Below are positions 59,623-64,000 of a DNA stretch of 64,000 nt, in pieces. The notes under the pieces were generated by a model. That model did not search any database. It was not told the origin of the DNA and saw only the letters and a program-made list of their open reading frames with translations. The number at the start of each line of letters is the position of its first letter. Positions within the stretch are counted from its first letter, which is position 1. The position numbers and the translations under genes are program-made. The DNA comes from Diplonema japonicum (Eukaryota > Protista > Euglenozoa: Diplonemea), in contig OZ025653.1 in assembly GCA_964019335.1 (NCBI GenBank), positions 1 through 64,000 on the forward strand, in the 5' to 3' direction.

Positions 59623-61434
59623 TCAGTCCTTCGCCTTTTTGCCTCGCTTCTTCATCTTCTTGTGTTCTCGCTGCACTGCCATCGTGGCTAGCTTCTTCAC
59701 GGTGTCCCTGTCCATCAGGTCGTCGACCTCCTCGTCGTCCTCGTCGTCAACCACCTCCTCAGTCTCCAGCTCCGTGGGGATCTTGATCCTCCTGTTGTGC
59801 GCGGGCAGATCAACGGTGTCTGGAGGCGCAGCTTCCACGCCATCTACGGGTATCGACTCTTCAATGAGGCCCTGCAGCTTCTGGTCGCAGTGCTTGAGCA
59901 CGGAGATGACGTTCTCGTCGGAGATAACAACAGGTCCGTCGCCTTTCGAAACTAGCTTCTGAGCCAAGTGCTGTACGCCAGCCTTTACATTGATCAGGAT
60001 CTTCGCAACGCGCTCGTACTTCGACCTGTGCAACATGACAGAACAATAAGGACATACCTGTTCTTCTCGCACTGATGCTTCGCCTCTGCCAAGTGAGTCT
60101 CGAATTCATCAACAATCCTGCGGCTTCCCAGCTGCCCCGTCCCACTATACTTCATCTCCTCAACCTTCAGCTCTAGACCACCCTTTTCCCCTTGGCTGTT
60201 TGTGTGTCAAGTAAAACCTTAAAGAACCACATACAACGCAGAGATTCTGGCCTGTGCATCTTTCGTCAGTTCTACCAAGCTCTTATGTGTATCTTCTTGT
60301 GTCAAGAACTTATTGATAACCTGAAGCACGGCAACCGACTCGTCCTGCTCTGTCACGCCCTGCGCTAGTGTTTTACAATCCTCATATGCATACCGTAGCC
60401 TCTTTGATCTTCTTGAAGTGTGTCTCGTACTCTTCTTCACGTTCACGCTCCTCCGCAGTCTTGATATCGCTGGTTGCCTAGAAAATGTGCGTTGTAATGT
60501 GTCGCCATACCCGAAGCCCCTTTTCCTTCTCTCTCTCTTCTGCCTCCTTCTTTGCAGCAAGCTCTTCTTCGGTCCTTCTCTGCTTTTCGCTCCGCTCCAA
60601 TTTTTGCGTCTGGTCCAGTCTCCTCTGCACGAGCCTGCAAGAAGTAAGGTGAATAAATGTGTTGATACCTTTTGCGATCCTCGAGCTCTTTGTCTTTCTG
60701 CCGTTTTTCCTCTTCGTACGCTGCTTTGAACTGTGCGAGCTCTGCCTGATTGGTTGGTGCTTTTTGATACAGCAGCATACCCTTGCTATGTCCTTCGCAT
60801 GTGCTGCGTCATGGCTCATGTTGAGGAGCTCTTGATAATCGTGGTCCTTGGCTTTGAGGGTTCTTTCGATGGCCGCCAGTTGGTTGTCAAAGCCAACACG
60901 TTCGTCCTTTAGGCGATGCACTATTTGCTCATAGGTTCTGCGTATAGAAATGGCCTCATTGTACTTTATCATGCTCTTATCAAGTCTATTTTCGAGCATC
61001 CGTATTTTTCTGTCAATCGCAGACTCTTCTTTGTATACAGGTTGTGCCTCTGCGTGTAAATGCCCCATCTGCTCCTCAAGGCGCTGCAACTCCTTCTTTA
61101 ACGAGTCGCATTTTGATCTTAAGTCATCTTGTTGCCTCCTCTTCGAGTGCGTCTGAGAATCAAGGACTGTTGCTTTCCTCTGGTGAAACGTCTCCGCATT
61201 GGAACCCTGCGCGCCCTCCTGTGCGAGTCTCGTTCTTGCACCTAACTCCTTGTTCTCAACTCGGAGCGAACGAATCACCTGTTGGATCGAATGTTATGAC
61301 ATAAAACATACCTCGTTGTTCTGCTTGATGGAAACCTGGCTCGACTCGAAATGCTGCTTCCTGTCCGTCTCCATCAGCCGCAACTTCTTTTCCATCATCG
61401 TTTGGTCGCTCGGCTGTGCTTTTACATCGTTCAT
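59623..61434 (-). CDS. Outer dynein arm docking complex subunit, CCDC151/ODAD3 (DC1) family
   Basis: IRMLENRLDKSMIKYNEAISIRRTYEQIVHRLKDERVGFDNQL; multi-exon coiled coil. Confidence 0.82.
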
Positions 61435-61908
61435 TCTGGCAACCTGTTGAGCTGGATGTGCAGAAATATAACAGTTGAAAATACAGCAGAAATATAGCTT
61501 GTGCGAGTTCCGCTTTGCTTCTCGGCCTTCAGCACTGGTATTCACTCCACGATATGAAAGACCATATGAAAAGAAAACGAGGTGAGTTACATAATGAGCT
61601 GTCTGGGGGGTGCAGCAGGTGAACATATCGAAGAAACAGATAACGCTATTGTGACAACCGAACACTTCTCTCGCAACAGTTGATCTTTGATCCTGCACAG
61701 CTATGTTAAAGGCACAAGCAAGACATCGGACGGTGTACACTCAGACGTTGCTGCCAATGCCGAGTGTACGACGATCCCAAGCCCCAAAGCTATGAACAAA
61801 AAATAAACAAGGTCTGTGGGTAACGCTTATGTAGGATGATGATGAATGCTGAAGGAGCGGCAACGTTTTGCCACGGCTGCCGGTTACTCGAAGCTTCCCA
61901 TGCCGTTT

Positions 61909-64000
61909 CTATAACACAACATGGCCACTCCGGTACACATCGCGTATTCTTGGGGAGAGGGGACGTGCTGGCTCAGAGGTATCAGTGCACCTGTCATGAG
62001 TTGTCTAGCAGGCAAAAACATACATTGGATTTGCAGGGGTCCAGGTCGGCTTAATGCGAGACACCTTCACAACGACGGCTTCCCCGCTCTTTCCCGGACT
62101 TTCAGGCTCACTACCTACCACAGCCAAAGCACCGGCAGGTATGTACAAGTCGACGGGACCAACCAAGGTACCGGCACCGCACCTGAGTGTTGTTGAAATG
62201 CCTCTGGATGTCGAGCCGGAGACGCTGCGGCTCCTCCCAGGCGTCCCTTTATCTTCCGAAGCGGCCTCGCTGAAGCTTGCAGGCTGTGAGGATGTAATAA
62301 AAGAGCTAAACATACCATTTTGCAAGACGATGCCGTCGGTGACCTATAGGAGGCGCTTAGTGCTGATATGTTTTTGAAGTACTCTAGCTTTTCCTCATCA
62401 ACCTTTGTTACATCAACAGAGTAGTCAATCTCTGTCATCGACACTAGCAGGCGAACGGTACCAGTGATGTGCGTGAAGCACGCAACTTGTCTCATGCCAT
62501 TAAGAGACCATGCCACTGTGCCCTTGTCCATGTTCAGATGCATGGTGACGATGTCCCCGTAGCCATATGGCTCTGCACCCACCACCTCTTTCCCACATTT
62601 CCATATCTCACCGCGGCTTGTGTATGTCCACACATCCGCCATCTGTGTGACATCTCCGTTCAAGTAAATCCCTTCGCGGCAAATACCAAAGCTGAACCCT
62701 TTGCTGCCCTGCGTCACCCTCATGTTATATTCCACCACGCCACTGCCAAACGAGAACTCATCCTTGCCGATCGCGTTTCGGCAAGCATCGCTGGCCTTGT
62801 CGAGGGAGAGCCTTTCATACTCAATACTGAAGTCCTTGTGGTAGATCTCCCACATGTCCTGCTCTGTTCCCTTTAGCCAGTGAGAAAATTGAGCAAATGC
62901 TGTGTTTCCACGGGGGCTCCCTGTCTTCGGCGACACAGACCTCTTAGACTCCGCCGACTTCCTCCCCGCAAGCTTGATGTTGTGTGGAATGTGCACAGCC
63001 TCTGCAAACGTCACAAGGTCAAAGAGGGTGGAATGGAGATCTTCAGCGCACAAAGTACCACCCACGCCGTTTTGGTCTCTCAGCTGGCGGTTGATAGGGT
63101 CGTATGTAAAGCGGCGTGTTTCACTAACGGGGATTGCACCGTCGTTGATGTACGTCGATGACCACCCTGCGCCCTCGGAGGCCATGTAACGCAGCGTGTT
63201 GGTGAGGCCCACCGGTCCCTGCAGCAAGATGGTTAGCATGATTGGCAGATTCTCAGACTTACTAAAGACAATCGGCTTGGCTTGTGAAGGCGGTCTCTTA
63301 GCCGTCCTGTGAGTTGAGGGTGGGGGGGACACCTGATGAGTGCGATGGGGCAGCGTGACCTGACGCATGCTCATAGGAACAGATGTTGTCACCAACTTAG
63401 ACGGAGACTGCGGTCGTATGAGGCGTCGCATGGGCGAGTCCTGACGGCCGTGTGAGGCAGGCGCAGCTGACTTGCTGGCTCTTGCAGAGTCCTGCTTGCT
63501 CCTGGACCTGAACCTGCCCCGAGGAGGATTGCGACTCTCTTTTTCTCTCACACCTGCCTGCTTCTTAAGCCGGGCGATCTCTTCCCTCTGCTTGATTATC
63601 GGTCGATTAGGAGCCGAAGAACCTCTTCTCGTTGCCTTGGACTTCTTCTTCCCCTTAGCAGGAGGAGGAAGACTCTCGAGACGCACCTCATTGTCATTCA
63701 GGCTGCATACTGCGATGTCCGGCGTCGGTGCCTCTTCTGGGTCAAAGCTCCGGCTGCGGATCTCGGATCCGAGTAAAGTGTCATCAAAGGGGTCAGGGGG
63801 TATCTCTGGTGACGCCACATCGAGCCCTTCGTCAGTGTGACCAGCGCTCCCGTTGGTCTTTTCCTCAGGGTGATTCCGTTCCACCCAATCTGCCCAGAAA
63901 TCCTTTTTATAAAACTTGTTTGCGGCATTCTCCTTCACCTCACACAGTTCCTGTAGTTGTGTACATGCGGGGGTGGCTGCACACCTCGTTATTGTTCTCT
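61909..64000 (-). CDS. SPRY/B30.2 domain protein, probably 5'-incomplete at the window edge
   Basis: FSFGIC..VWTYTSRG..YGYGDIVTMHLNMDKGTVAWSLNG; two short 3' introns. Confidence 0.75.

Noticed and set aside
2392-63840. Numerous plus-strand ORFs (e.g. 27284-28049, 42469-43363, 15311-16057)
   Set aside because: They are antisense shadows of minus-strand genes or coding repeats, with no recognisable domains.
2183-64000. Stop-codon reassignment, programmed frameshifting or non-canonical euglenid-type introns as the cause of fragmented ORFs
   Set aside because: The breaks examined are resolved by ordinary GT-AG introns that restore conserved motifs. TAA, TAG and TGA all end genes.

Overview
Eukaryotic nuclear DNA from a euglenozoan, most likely a diplonemid. 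The main evidence is a complete 39-nt diplonemid-type spliced-leader (SL) exon at 1908-1946 (-) and a kinetoplastid-type PKA regulatory subunit. From about 2.2 kb to the window end, about 30 tightly packed protein-coding genes all lie on the minus strand. They are interrupted by very short GT-AG introns (29-50 nt where measured, mostly with GTATG donors), which explains why the ORF track is fragmented. Recognisable products include COQ3, NAA30, a BIRC6/UBE2Z-type E2, PXK-like, O-fucosyltransferase, GH18, RFWD3-like, DEX1-like, RCC1-repeat, SLBP-like, PKAR, PRP40/TCERG1-like, CCDC81-like, CCDC151/ODAD3-like, a DUF6259-like putative glycosidase and a SPRY protein. The first 2 kb is unlike the rest. 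Read on the minus strand it runs: duplicated 20-mer, intact SL exon plus GT, an 87-nt A-free tract, a (GCAAACCC)x2.5 copy, a GT microsatellite, an Ala/Pro-rich ORF ending in a truncated AlkB-like 2OG-Fe(II) domain, A20, a 26-bp tandem array, and a (GCAAACCC)n array running off the window. This SL-headed AlkB unit is the best candidate for an undescribed element, although the sequence at about 440-750 may be of low quality. All family assignments come from motif recognition by eye, not from database searches.
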